Made by a program: the position numbers and the translations under genes
NCBI GenBank assembly: GCA_964016885.1
Contig: OZ024751.1
Location: 3,162,001 to 3,226,000 of the forward strand
Length of the DNA stretch: 64,000 bases
Source: Eledone cirrhosa
Lineage: Eukaryota
Direction of reading: 5' to 3'
Shown: piece after piece, positions 1-13,800 of the stretch
Numbering within the stretch: the first letter of the stretch is position 1
Layout: every line of letters begins with the position of its first letter
Notes under the pieces: model-generated
Databases searched by the model: none
What the model was told of the DNA's origin: nothing
Seen by the model: only the letters and a program-made list of their open reading frames with translations

Positions 1-3000
1 AACAGCAGTAATATTAATAATAATAACGTCATAAGAGCTAAGATACCTTCGTAAATTTGTATGGATGGGTGGCTGGAACGAAACCGAATTAACTCTAGTG
101 ACACATTTTAGCAGTTAAGGAGAAAGTGTCTTATCTCTTCAATAGCTTCAAGACGAGTGATAGGGTAGCCATCATTGAGAGAGATATAGAGAGGGGGCGG
201 CACTGAGCTCGCCTTCAAGACAGCATGGTAAATCCGAAATAATACACCAGAAAACAGCAGTAATATTAATAATAATAATGTCATAAGAGCTAAGATACCT
301 TTGAAAATATTTGTATGGATGGGTGGCTGGAACGAAACCGAATCAACTCTAGTGACACATTTTCGGAGATAAGGAGAAAGTGTCTCATCTCTTCAATAGC
401 TTCAAGACGAGTGATAGGGTAGCCACTATAGAGAGAGATATAGAGAGGGGGCAGCACTGAGGGTCGCCTTCAAGACCGCATGGTAAATCCGAAATAATAC
501 AGCAGAAAACCAGGGTAAATCAGAAATAATACAGCAGAAAACAGCAGTAATATTAATAATAATAACGTCATAAGAGCTTAGATACCTTCATAAATTTGTA
601 TGGATGGGTGGCTGGAACGAAACCGAATCAACTCTAGTGACACATTTTAGCAGATAAGGAGAAAGTGTCTTATCTCTTCAATAGCTTCAAGACGAGTGAT
701 GGGGTAGCCATCATAGAGAGAGATATAGAGAGGGGGGCACTGAGGGTCGCCTTCAAGGCCGCATGGTAATTCCGAAATAATACAGAAGAAAAACAGGGTA
801 AATCGGAAATAATACAGCAGAAAACAGCAGTAATATTAATAATAGTAACGTCATAAGAGCTAAGATACCTTTGAAAATTTGTATGGATGGGTGGCTGGAA
901 CGAAACCGAATAAACTCTAGTGACACATTTTAGCAGATAAGGAGAAAGTGTCTCATCTCTTCAATAGCTTCAAGACGAGTGATAGGGTTGCCACCATAGA
1001 GAGAGATATAGAGAGGGGCCCACTGAGGATCGCCTTCAAGACCGCATGGTAAATCCGAAATAATACAGCAGAAAAACAGGGTAAATCCGAAATAATACAG
1101 CAGAAAACAGCAGTAATATTAATAATAATAACGTCATAAGAGCTAAGATACCTTCGTAAATTTATATGGATGGGTGGCTGGAACGAAACCGAATCAACTC
1201 TAGTGACACATTTTAGCAGTTAAGGAGAAAGTGTCTTATCTCTTCAATAGCTTCAAGACGAGTGATAGGGTAGCCATCATTGAGAGAGATATAGAGAGGG
1301 GGCGGCACTGAGGGTCGCCTTCAAGACAGCATGGTAAATCCGAAATAATACAGCAGAAAACAGCAGTAATATTAATAATAATAACGTCATAAGAGCTAAG
1401 ATACCTTCGTAAATTTGTATGGATGGGTGGCTTGAACGAAACCGAATCAACTCTAGTGACACATTTTCGGAGATAAGGAGAAAGTGTCTCATCTCTTCAA
1501 TAGCTTCAATACGAGTGATAGGGTAGCCACAATAGAGAGCGATATAGAGAGGGGGCAGCACTGAGGGTCGACTTCAAGACCGCATCGTAAATCCGAAATA
1601 ATACAGCAGAAAAACAGGGTAAATCCGAAATAATACAACAGGAAACAGCAGTAATATTAATAATAATAACGTCATAAGAGCTAAGATACCTTCGTAAATT
1701 TGTATGGATGGGTGGCTTGAACGAAACCGAATCAACTCTAGTGACACATTTTAGCAGATAAGGAGAAAGTGTCTTATCTCTTCAATAGCTTCAAGACGAG
1801 TGATAGGGTAGCCATCATTGAGAGAGATATAGAGGGTCGCCTTCAAGACCGCATGGTAAATCCGAAATAATACAGCAGAAAACAGCAGTAATATTAATAA
1901 TAATAACGTCATAAGATCTAAGATACCTTTGAAAATGTGTATGGATGGGTGGCTGGAACGAAACCGAATCAACTCTAGTGACACATTTTAGCAGATAAGG
2001 AGAAAGTGTCTCATCTCTTCAATAGCTTTACGACGAGTGATAGGTTAGCCACCATAGAGAGAGATAAAGAGAGGGGCCCACTGAGGGTCGCCTTCAAGAC
2101 CGCATGGTAAATCCGAAATAATACAGCAGAAAACAGCAGTAATATTTATAATAATAACGTCATAAGATCTAAGATACCTTCGTAAATTTGTATGGATGGG
2201 TGGCTGGAACGAAACCGAATCAACTCTAGTGACACATTTTAGCAGATAAGGAGAAAGTGTCTTATCTCTTCAATAGCTTCAAGACGAGTGATAGGGTAGC
2301 CATTCTAGAGAGAGATATAGAGAGGCGGGGGGCACTGAGTGTCGCCTTCAAGACCGCATGGTAAATCCGAAATAATACAGCAGAAAACAGCAGTAATATT
2401 AATAATAATAACGGCATAAGAGCTAAGATACCTTCGTAAATTTGTATGGATGGGTGGCTTGAACGAAACCGAATCAACTCTAGTGATACATTTTAGCAGA
2501 TAAGGAGAAAGTGTCTTATCTCTTCAATAGCTTCAAGACGAGTGATAGGGTAGCCATCATTGAGAGAGATATAGAGGGTCGCCTTCAAGACCGCATGGTA
2601 AATCCGAAATAATACAGCAGAAAACAGCAGTAATATTAATAATAATAACGTCATAAGAGCTAAGATACCTTCGTAAATTTGTATGGATGGGTGGCTTGAA
2701 CGAAACCGAATCAACTCTAGTGACACATTTTAGCACATAAGGAGAAAGTGTCTCATCACTTCAATAGCTTCAAGATGAGTGATAGGGTAGCCATCATGGA
2801 AAGAGATATAGATAGGGTAGCACTGAGGGTCGCCTTCAAGATCGCATGGTAAATCCAAAATAATACAGCAGAAAAACAGGGTAAATCCGAAATAATACAG
2901 CAGAAAACAGCAGTAATATTAATAATAATAACGTCATAAGAGCTAAGATACCTTCGTAAATTTGTATGGATGGGTGGCTGGAACGAAACCGAATCAACTC

Positions 3001-6000
3001 TAGTGACACATTTTAGCAGTTAAGGAGAAAGTGTCTCGTCTCTTCAATAGCTTCAAGACGAGTGATAGGTTAGCCACCATAGAGAGAGATATAGAGAGAT
3101 ATAGAGAGGGGGAGGGGGCACTGAGGGTCGCCTTCAAAACCGCATGGTAATTCCGAAATAATACATCAGAAAAACAGGGTAAATCCGAAATAATACAGCA
3201 GAAAACAGCAGTAATATTAATAATAATAACGTCATAAGAGCTAAGATACCTTCGTAAATTTATATGGATGGGTGGCTGGAACGAAACCGAATCAACTCTA
3301 GTGACACATTTTAGCAGTTAAGGAGAAAGTGTCTCATCTCTTCAATAGCTTCAAGACGAGTGATAGGGTTGCCACCATAGAGCGACATATAGAGAGGGGC
3401 CCACTGAGGGTCGCCTTCAAGACCGCATGGTAAATCCGAAATAATACAGCCGAAAAACAGGGTAAATCCGAAATAATACAGCAGAAAACAGCAGTAATAT
3501 TAATAATAATAACGTCATAAGAGCTAAGATACCTTCGTAAATTTATATGGATGGGTGGCTGGAACGAAACCGAATCAACTCTAGTGACACATTTTAGCAG
3601 TTAAGGAGAAAGTGTCTTATCTCTTCAATAGCTTCAAGACGAGTGATAGGGTAGCGATCATTGAGAGAGATATAGAGAGGGGGCGGCACTGAGGGTCGCC
3701 TTCAAGACAGCATGGTAAATCCGAAATAATACAGCAGAAAACAGCAGTAATATTAATAATAATAACGTCATAAGAGCTAAGATACCTTTGAAAATATGTA
3801 TGGATGGGTGGCTGGAACGAAACCGAATCAACTCTAGTGACACATTTTAGCAGATAAGGAGAAAGTGTCTCATCTCTTCAATAGCTTCAATACGAGTGAT
3901 AGGGTAGCCACAATAGAGAGAGATACTGAGAGGGGGGAGCAGTGAGGGTCGCCTTCAAGACCGCATCGTAAATCCGAAATAATACAGCAGAAAAACAGGG
4001 TAAATCCGAAATAATACAGCAGAAAACAGCAGTAATATTAATAATAATAACGTCATAAGATCTAAGATACCTTTGAAAATGTGTATGGATGGGTGGCTGG
4101 AACGAAACCGAATCAACTCTAGTGACACATTTTAGCAGATAAGGAGAAAGTGTCTCATCTCTTCAATAGCTTTACGACGAGTGATAGGGTAGCCACCATA
4201 GAGAGAGATAAAGAGAGGGGCCCACTGAGGGTCGCCTTAAAGATCGCATGGTAAATCCGAAATAATACAGCAGAAAACAGCAGTAATATTAATAATAATA
4301 ACGTCATAAGTGCTAAGATACCTTCGTAAATTTGTATGGATGGGTGGCTGGAACGAAACCGAATCAACTCTAGTGACACATTTTAGCAGATAAGGAGAAA
4401 TTATCTTATCTCTTCAACAGCTTCAAGACGAGTGATAGGGTAGTCATCATAGAGAGAGATATAGAGAGGGGGGCACTGAGGATCGCCTTCAAGACCGCAT
4501 GGTAAATCCGAAATAATACAGCAGAAAACCAGGGTAAATCCGAAATAATACAGCAGAAAACAGCAGTAATATTAATAATAATAACGTCATAAGAGCTAAG
4601 ATACATTCGTAAATTTGTATGGATGGGTGGCTGGAACGAAACCGAATCAACTCTAGTGACACATTTTAGCAGTTAAGGAGAAAGTGTCTCATCTCTTCAA
4701 TAGCTTCAAGACGAGTGATAGGTTAGCCACCATAGAGAGAGATATAGAGAGGGGCCCACTGAGGATCGCCTTCAAGACCGCATGGTAAATCCGAAATAAT
4801 ACAGCCGAAAAACAGGGTAAATCCGAAATAATACAGCAGAAAACAGCAGTAATATTAATAATAATAACGTCATAAGAGCTAAGATACCTTCGTAAATTTG
4901 TATGGATGTGTGGCTGGAACAAAACCGAATTAACTCTAGTGACACATTTTAGCAGTAAGGAGAAAGTGTCTCATCTCTTCAATAGCTTCAAAACGAGTGA
5001 TGGGGTAGCCATCATAGAGAGAGATATAGAGAGGGGGGCACTGAGGGTCGCCTTCAAGACCGCATGGTAAATCCGAAATAATACAGCAGAAAACAGCAGT
5101 AATATTAAAAAAAGTAACGTCATAAGAGCTAAGATACCTTCGTAAATTTGTATGGATGGGTGGCTGGAACGAAACCGAATCAACTCTAGTGACACATTTT
5201 AGCAGTTAAGGAGAAAGTGTCTTATCTCTTCAATAGCTTTACGACGAGTGATAGGGTAGCCACCATAGAGAGAGATATATAGACAGGGGCCAACTGAGGG
5301 TCGCCTTCAAGACCGCATGGTAATTCCGAAATAATACAGCAGAAAACAGCAGTAATATTAATAATAATAACGTCATAAGATCTGAGATACCTTCGTAAAT
5401 TTGTATGGATGGGTGGCTTGAACGAAACCGAATCAACTCCTGTGACACATATTAGCAGATAAGGAGAAAGTGTCTTATCTCTTCAATAGTTTCAAGACGA
5501 GTGATAGGGTAGCCATCATGGAGAGAGATATAGATAGGGGAGCACTGAGGGTCGCCTTCAAGACCGCATGGTAAATCCGAAAAAATACAGCAGAAAAAGA
5601 GGGTAAATCCGAAATAATACAGCAGAAAATATCAGTAATATTAATAATAATAACGTCATAAGAGCTAAGATAGCTTCGTAAATTTGTATGGATGGGTGGC
5701 TTGAACGAAACCGAATCAACTCTAGTGACACATTTTCGGAGATAAGGAGAAAGTGTCTCATCTCGTCAATAGCTTCAATACGAGTGATAGGGTAGCCACA
5801 ATACAGAGAGATATACAGAGGGGGCAGCACTGAGGGTCGCCTTCAAGACCGCATGGTAAATCCGAAATAATACAGCAGAAAACAGCAGTAATATTAATAA
5901 TAATAACGTCATAAGAGCCAAGATACCTTCGTAAATTTGTATGGATGGGTGGCTGGAACGAAACCGAATCAACTCTAGTGACACATTTTAGCAGATAAGG

Positions 6001-6010
6001 AGAAAGTGTC

Positions 6011-9000
6011 TTATCTCTTCAATACCTTCAAGACGAGTGATAGGGTAGCCATCATAGAGAGTGATATAGAGAGGGGGGCACTGAGGGTCGCCTTCAAGAC
6101 CGCATGGTAATTCCGAAATAATACAGCAGAAAAACAGGGTAAATCCGAAATAATACAGCAGAAAACAGCAGTAATATTAATAATAATAACATCATAAGAG
6201 CTAAGATACCTTCGTAAATTTGTATGGATGGGTGGCTGGAACGAAACCGAATCAACTCTAGTGACACATTTTAGCAGATAAGGAGAAAGTGTCTCATCTT
6301 TTCAATAGCTTCACGACGAGTGTTAGTGTAGCCACCATAGAGAGAGATATAGAGAGGGGTCCACTGAGGGTCGCCTTCAAGACCGCATGGTAAATCCGAA
6401 ATAATACAGCAGAAAACAGCAGTAATATTAATAATAATAACGTCATAAGAGCCAAGATACCTTCGTAAATTTGTATGGATGGGTGGCTGGAACGAAACCG
6501 AATCAACTCTAGTGACACATTTTATCAGATAAGGAGAAAGTGTCTTATCTCTTCAATAGCTTAGAGACGCATGATGGGGTAGCCATCATAGAGAGAGAGA
6601 TAGAGAGGGGGGCACTGCGGGTCGCCTTCAAGACCGCATGGTAATTCCGAAATAATACAGCAGAAAAACAGGGTAAATTCGAAATAATACAGCAGAAAAC
6701 AGCAGTAATATTAATAATAATAACGTCATAAGAGCTAAGATACCTTTGAAAATATGTATGGATGGGTGGCTGGAACGAAACCGAATCAACTCTAGTGACA
6801 CATTTTAGGAGATATTGAGAAAGTGTCTCATCTCTTCAATAGCTTCAAGACGAGAGATAGTGTAGCCACCATAGAGAGAGATATAGAGAGGGGCCCACTG
6901 AGGATCGCCTTCAAGACCGCATCGTAAATCCGAAATAATACAGCAGAAAAACAGGGTAAATCCGAAATAATACAGCAGAAAACAGCAGTAATATTAATAA
7001 TAATAACGTCATAAGAGCTAAGATACCTTCGTAAATTTGTACGGATGGGTGGCTGGAACGAAACCGAATCAACTCTAGTGACACATTTTAGCAGATAAGG
7101 AGAAAGTGTCTCATCTCTTCAATAGATTTACGACGAGTGATAGGGTAGCCACCATAGAGAGAGATATAGAGAGGGGCCCACCGAGGGTCGCCTTCAAGAG
7201 CGCATGGTAAATCCGAAATAATACAGCAGAAAACAGCAGTAATATTAATAATAATAACGTCATAAGAGCTAAGATACCTTCGTAAATTTGTATGGATGGG
7301 TGGCTGGAACGAAACCGAATCAACTCTAGTGACACATTTTAGCAGTAAGGAGAAAGTGTCTTATCTCTTCAATAGCTTCAAGACGAGTGATAGGGTAGCC
7401 ATCATGGAGAGAGATAAAGAGAGGGGCCCACTGAGGGTCGCCTTCAAGACCGCATGGTAAATCCGAAATAATACAGCAGAAAAACAGGGTAAATCCGAAA
7501 TAATACAGCAGAACACAGCAGTAATAATAATAATAATAACGTCATAAGAGCTAAGATACCTTCGTAAATTTGTATGGATGGGTGGCTGCAACGAGACCGA
7601 ATCAACTCTAGTGACACATTTTAGCAGTTAAGGAGAAAGTGTCTCATCTCTTCAATAGCTTAAAGACGAGTGATAGGGTAGTCATCACAGAGAGAGATAT
7701 AGAGAGGGGGGCACTGAGGGTCGCCTTCAGGACCACATGGTAATTCCGAAATATTACAGCAGAAAACAGCAGTGATGTTAATAACAATAACGTCATAAGA
7801 GCTAAGATAACTTCGTAAATTTGTATGGATGGGTGGCTGGAACGAAACCGAATCAACTCTAGTGACACATTTTAGCAGATAAGGAGAAAGTGTCTTATCT
7901 CTTCAATAACTTCAAGACGAGTGATAGGGTAGCCATCATAGAGAGTGATATAGAGAGGGGGGCACTGAGGGTCGCCTTCAAGACCGCATGGTAATTCCGA
8001 AATAATACAGCAGAAAAACAGGGTAAATCCGAAATAATACAGCAGAAAACAGCAGTAATATTAATAATAATAACATCATAAGTGCTAAGATACCTTCGTA
8101 AATTTGTATGGATGGGTGGCTGGAACGAAACCGAATCAACTCTAGTGACACATTTTAGCAGATAAGGAGAAAGTGTCTCATCTTTTCAATAGCTTCACGA
8201 CGAGTGTTAGTGTAGCCACCATAGAGAGAGATATAGAGAGGGGTCCACTGAGGGTCGCCTTCAAGACCGCATGGTAAATCCGAAATAATACAGCAGAAAA
8301 CAGCAGTAATATTAATAATAATAACGTCATAAGAGCCAAGATACCTTCGTAAATTTGTATGGATGGGTGGCTGGAACGAAACCGAATCAACTCTAGTGAC
8401 ACATTTTATCAGATAAGGAGAAAGTGTCTTATCTCTTCAATAGCTTAGAGACGCATGATGGGGTAGCCATCATAGAGAGAGAGATAGAGAGGGGGGCACT
8501 GCGGGTCGCCTTCAAGACCGCATGGTAATTCCGAAATAATACAGCAGAAAAACAGGGTAAATTCGAAATAATACAGCAGAAAACAGCAGTAATATTAATA
8601 ATAATAACGTCATAAGAGCTAAGATACCTTTGAAAATATGTATGGATGGGTGGCTGGAACGAAACCGAATCAACTCTAGTGACACATTTTAGGAGATAAT
8701 GAGAAAGTGTCTCATCTCTTCAATAGCTTCAAGACGAGAGATAGTGTAGCCACCATAGAGAGAGATATAGAGAGGGGCCCACTGAGGATCGCCTTCAAGA
8801 CCGCATCGTAAATCCGAAATAATACAGCAGAAAAACAGGGTAAATCCGAAATAATACAGCAGAAAACAGCAGTAATATTAATAATAATAACGTCATAAGA
8901 GCTAAGATACCTTCGTAAATTTGTACGGATGGGTGGCTGGAACGAAACCGAATCAACTCTAGTGACACATTTTAGCAGATAAGGAGAAAGTGTCTCATCT

Positions 9001-10800
9001 CTTCAATAGCTTTACGACGAGTGATAGGGTAGCCACCATAGAGAGAGATATAGAGAGGGGCCCACCGAGGGTCGCCTTCAAGAGCGCATGGTAAATCCGA
9101 AATAATACTGCAGAAAACAGCAGTAATATTAATAATAATAACGTCATAAGAGCTAAGATACCTTCGTAAATTTGTATGGATGGGTGGCTGGAACGAAACC
9201 GAATCAACTCTAGTGACACATTTTAGCAGTAAGGAGAAAGTGTCTTATCTCTTCAATAGCTTCAAGACGAGTGATAGGGTAGCCATCATGGAGAGAGATA
9301 AAGAGAGGGGCCCACTGAGGGTCGCCTTCAAGATCGCATGGTAAATCCGAAATAATACAGCAGAAAAACAGGGTAAATCCGAAATAATACAGCAGAACAC
9401 AGCCGTAATAATAATAATAATAACGTCATAAGAGCTAAGATACCTTCGTAAATTTGTATGGATGGGTGGCTGCAACGAGACCGAATCAACTCTAGTGACA
9501 CATTTTAGCAGTTAAGGAGAAAGTGTCTCATCTCTTCAATAGCTTAAAGACGAGTGATAGGGTAGTCATCACAGAGAGAGATATAGAGAGGGGGGCACTG
9601 AGGGTCGCCTTCAGGACCACATGGTAATTCCGAAATATTACAGCAGAAAACAGCAGTGATGTTAATAACAATAACGTCATAAGAGCTAAGATACCTTCGT
9701 AAATTTGTATGGATGGGTGGCTGGAACGAAACCGAATCAACTCTAGTGACACATTTTAGCAGATAAGGAGAAAGTGTCTTATCTCTTCAATAACTTCAAG
9801 ACGAGTGATAGGGTAGCCATCATAGAGAGTGATATAGAGAGGGGGGCACTGAGGGTCGCCTTCAAGACCGCATGGTAATTCCGAAATAATACAGCAGAAA
9901 AACAGGGTAAATCCGAAATAATACAGCAGAAAACAGCAGTAATATTAATAATAATAACATCATAAGAGCTAAGATACCTTCGTAAATTTGTATGGATGGG
10001 TGGCTGGAACGAAACCGAATCAACTCTAGTGACACATTTTAGCAGATAAGGAGAAAGTGTCTCATCTTTTCAATAGCTTCACGACGAGTGTTAGTGTAGC
10101 CACCATAGAGAGAGATATAGAGAGGGGTCCACTGAGGGTCGCCTTCAAGACCGCATGGTAAATCCGAAATAATACAGCAGAAAACAGCAGTAATATTAAT
10201 AATAATAACGTCATAAGAGCCAAGATACCTTCGTAAATTTGTATGGATGGGTGGCTGGAACGAAACCGAATCAACTCTAGTGACACATTTTATCAGATAA
10301 GGAGAAAGTGTCTTATCTCTTCAATAGCTTAGAGACGCATGATGGGGTAGCCATCATAGAGAGAGAGATAGAGAGGGGGGCACTGCGGGTCGCCTTCAAG
10401 ACCGCATGGTAATTCCGAAATAATACAGCAGAAAAACAGGGTAAATTCGAAATAATACAGCAGAAAACAGCAGTAATATTAATAATAATAACGTCATAAG
10501 AGCTAAGATACCTTTGAAAATATGTATGGATGGGTGGCTGGAACGAAACCGAATCAACTCTAGTGACACATTTTAGGAAATAATGAGAAAGTGTCTCATC
10601 TCTTCAATAGCTTCAAGACGAGAGATAGTGTAGCCACCATAGAGAGAGATATAGAGAGGGGCCCACTGAGGATCGCCTTCAAGACCGCATCGTAAATCCG
10701 AAATAATACAGCAGAAAAACAGGGTAAATCCGAAATAATACAGCAGAAAACAGCAGTAATATTAATAATAATAACGTCATAAGAGCTAAGATACCTTCGT
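6011..10800. repeat. Higher-order repeat: 7 monomers, 1884 bp, about 2.5 copies
   Basis: Diagnostic variants recur at exactly +1884 (ORF-track positions 6294/8178/10062, 7111/8995, 7361/9245, 7644/9528). Monomer lengths 251+283+283+250+283+251+283 sum to 1884. Confidence 0.9.
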
Positions 10801-13800
10801 AAATTTGTATGGATGGGTGGCTGGAACCAAACCGAATCAAATCTAGTGACACATTTTAGCAGATAAGGAGAAAGTGTCTTATCTCTTCAATAGCTTCAAA
10901 ACGAGTGATGGGGTAGCCATCATTGAGAGAGATATAGAGGGTCGCCTTCAAGACCGCATGGTAAATCCGAAATAATACAGCAGAAAACAGCAGTAATATT
11001 AATAATAACAACGTCATAAGAGCTAAGATACCTTCGTAAATTTGTATGGATGGGTGGCTGGAACAAAACTGAATTGACTCTAGTGACACATTTTAGCAGT
11101 AAGGAGAAAGTGTCATATCTCTTCAATAGCTTCAAAACGAGTGATGGGGTAGCCATCATAGAGAGAGATATAGAGAGGGGGCGGCACTGGGGGTCGCCTT
11201 CAAGACAGCATGGTAAATCCGAAATAATACAGCAGAAAACAGCACTAATATTAATAATAATAACGTCATAAGATCTAAGATTCCTTTGAAAATATGTATG
11301 GATGGGTGGCTGGAACGAAACCGAATCAACTCTAGTGACACATTTTAGGAGATAAGGAGAAAGTGTCTCATCTCTTCAATAGTTTCAAGACGAGAGATAG
11401 GGTAGCCACAATAGAGAGAGATATAGAGAGGGGGCAGCACTGAGGGTCGCCTTCAAGACCGCATCGTAAATCCGAAATAATACAGCAGAAAAACAGGGTA
11501 AATCCGAAATAATACAGCAGAAAACAGCAGTAATATTAATAATAATAACGTCATAAGAGCTAAGATACCTTCGTAAATTCGTATGGATGGGTGGCTGGAA
11601 CGAAACCGAATCAACTCTAGTGACACATTTTAGCAGATAAAGAGACAGTGTCTTATCTCTTCAATAGCTTCAAGACGAGTGATGGGGTAGCCATCATAGA
11701 GAGAGATATAGAGAGGGAGGGCACTGAGGGTCGCCTTCAAGACCGCATGGTAATTCCGAAATAATACAGCAGAAAAACAGGGTAAATTCGAAATAATACA
11801 GCAGAAAACAGCAGTAATATTAATAATAATAACGTCATAAGAGCTAAGATACCTTCCTAAATTTGTATGGATGGGTGGCTGGAACGAAACCGAATCAACT
11901 CTAGTGACACATTTTAGCAGATAAAGAGACAGTGTCTTATCTCTTCAATAGCTTCAAGACGAGTGATAGGGTAGCCACAATAGAGAGAGATATAGAGAGG
12001 GGGCAGCTCTGAGGGTCGCCTTCAAGACCGCATCGTAAATCCGAAATAATACAGCAGAAAAACAGGGTAAATCCGAAATAATACAGCAGAAAACAGCAGT
12101 AATATTAATAATAATAACGTCATAAGAGCTAAGATACATTCGTAAATTTGTATAGATGGGTGGCTGGAACGAAAGCGAATCAATTCTAGTGACACATTTT
12201 AGCAGTTAGGGAGAAAGTGTCTTATATCTTCAATAGCTTCAAGACGAGTGATAGGGTAGCTATCATAGAGAGAGATATAGAGAGGGCGGCACTGATGGTC
12301 GCCTTCAAGACCGCATGGTAAATCCGAAATAATAAAGCAGAAAAAGAGGGTAAATCCGAAATAATATATCAGAAAACAGCAATAATATTAATAATAATAA
12401 CGTCATAAGAGCTAAGATACCTTCGTAAATATTTATGGATGGGTGGCTGGAACAAAACCGAATCAACTCTAGTGACACATTTTAGCAGATAAAGAGACAG
12501 TGTCTTATCTCTTCAATAGCTTCAAGACGAGTGATGGGGTAGCCATCATAGAGAGAGATATAGAGAGGGAGGCACTGAGGGTCGCCTTCAAGACCGCATG
12601 GTAAATCCGAAATAATACAGCAGAAAAACAGGGTAAATTCGAAATAATACAGCAGAAAACAGCAGTAATATTAATAATAATAACGTCATAAGAGCTAAGA
12701 TACCTTTGAAAATTTGTATGGATGGGTGGCTGGAACGAAACCGAATCAACTCTAGTGACACATTTTAGCAGTTAAGGAGAAAGTGTCTTATCTCTTCAAT
12801 AGCTTCAAGACGAGTGATGGGGTAGCCACAATAGAGAGAGATATAGAGAGGGGGGCACTGAGGGTCGCCTTCAAGACCGCATGGTAAATCCGAAATAATA
12901 CAGCAGAAAACAGCAGTAATATTAATAATAATAACGTCATAAGAGCTAAGATACCTTCGTAAATTTGTATGGATGGGTGGCTGGAACGAAACCGAATCAA
13001 CTCTAGTGACACATTTTAGCAGATAAGGAGAAATTGTCTTATCTCTTCAACAGCTTCAAGACGAGTGATAGGGTAGTCATCATAGAGAGAGATATAGAGA
13101 GGGGGGCTCTGAGGGTCGCCTTCAAGACCGCATGGTAAATCCGAAATAATACAGCAGAAAAACAGGGTAAATCCAAAATAATACAGCAGAAAACAGCAGT
13201 AATATTAATAATAATAACGTCATAAGAGCTAAGATACCTTCGTAAATTTGTATGGATGGGTGGCTTGAACGAAACCGAATCAACTCTAGTGACACATTTT
13301 CGGAGACAAGGAGAAAGTGTCTCATCTCTTCAATAGCTTAAAGACGAGTGATAGGGTAGCCATCATGGAGAGAGATATAGAGAGGGAAGCACTGAGGGTC
13401 GCCTTCAAGACCGCATGGTAAATCCGAAATAATACAGCAGAAAAAGAGGGTAAATCCGAAATAATACAGCAGAAAACAGCAGTAATATTAATAATAATAA
13501 CGTCATAAGAGCTAAGATACCTTCGTAAATTTGTATGGATGGGTGGCTGGAACGAAACCGAATTAACTCTAGTGACACATTTTAGCAGTTAAGGAGAAAG
13601 TGTCTTATCTCTTCAATAGCTTCAAGACGAGTGATAGGGTAGCCATCATTGAGAGAGATATAGAGAGGGGGCGGCACTGAGCTCGCCTTCAAGACAGCAT
13701 GGTAAATCCGAAATAATACACCAGAAAACAGCAGTAATATTAATAATAATAACGTCATAAGAGCTAAGATACCTTTGAAAATATTTGTATGGATGGGTGG

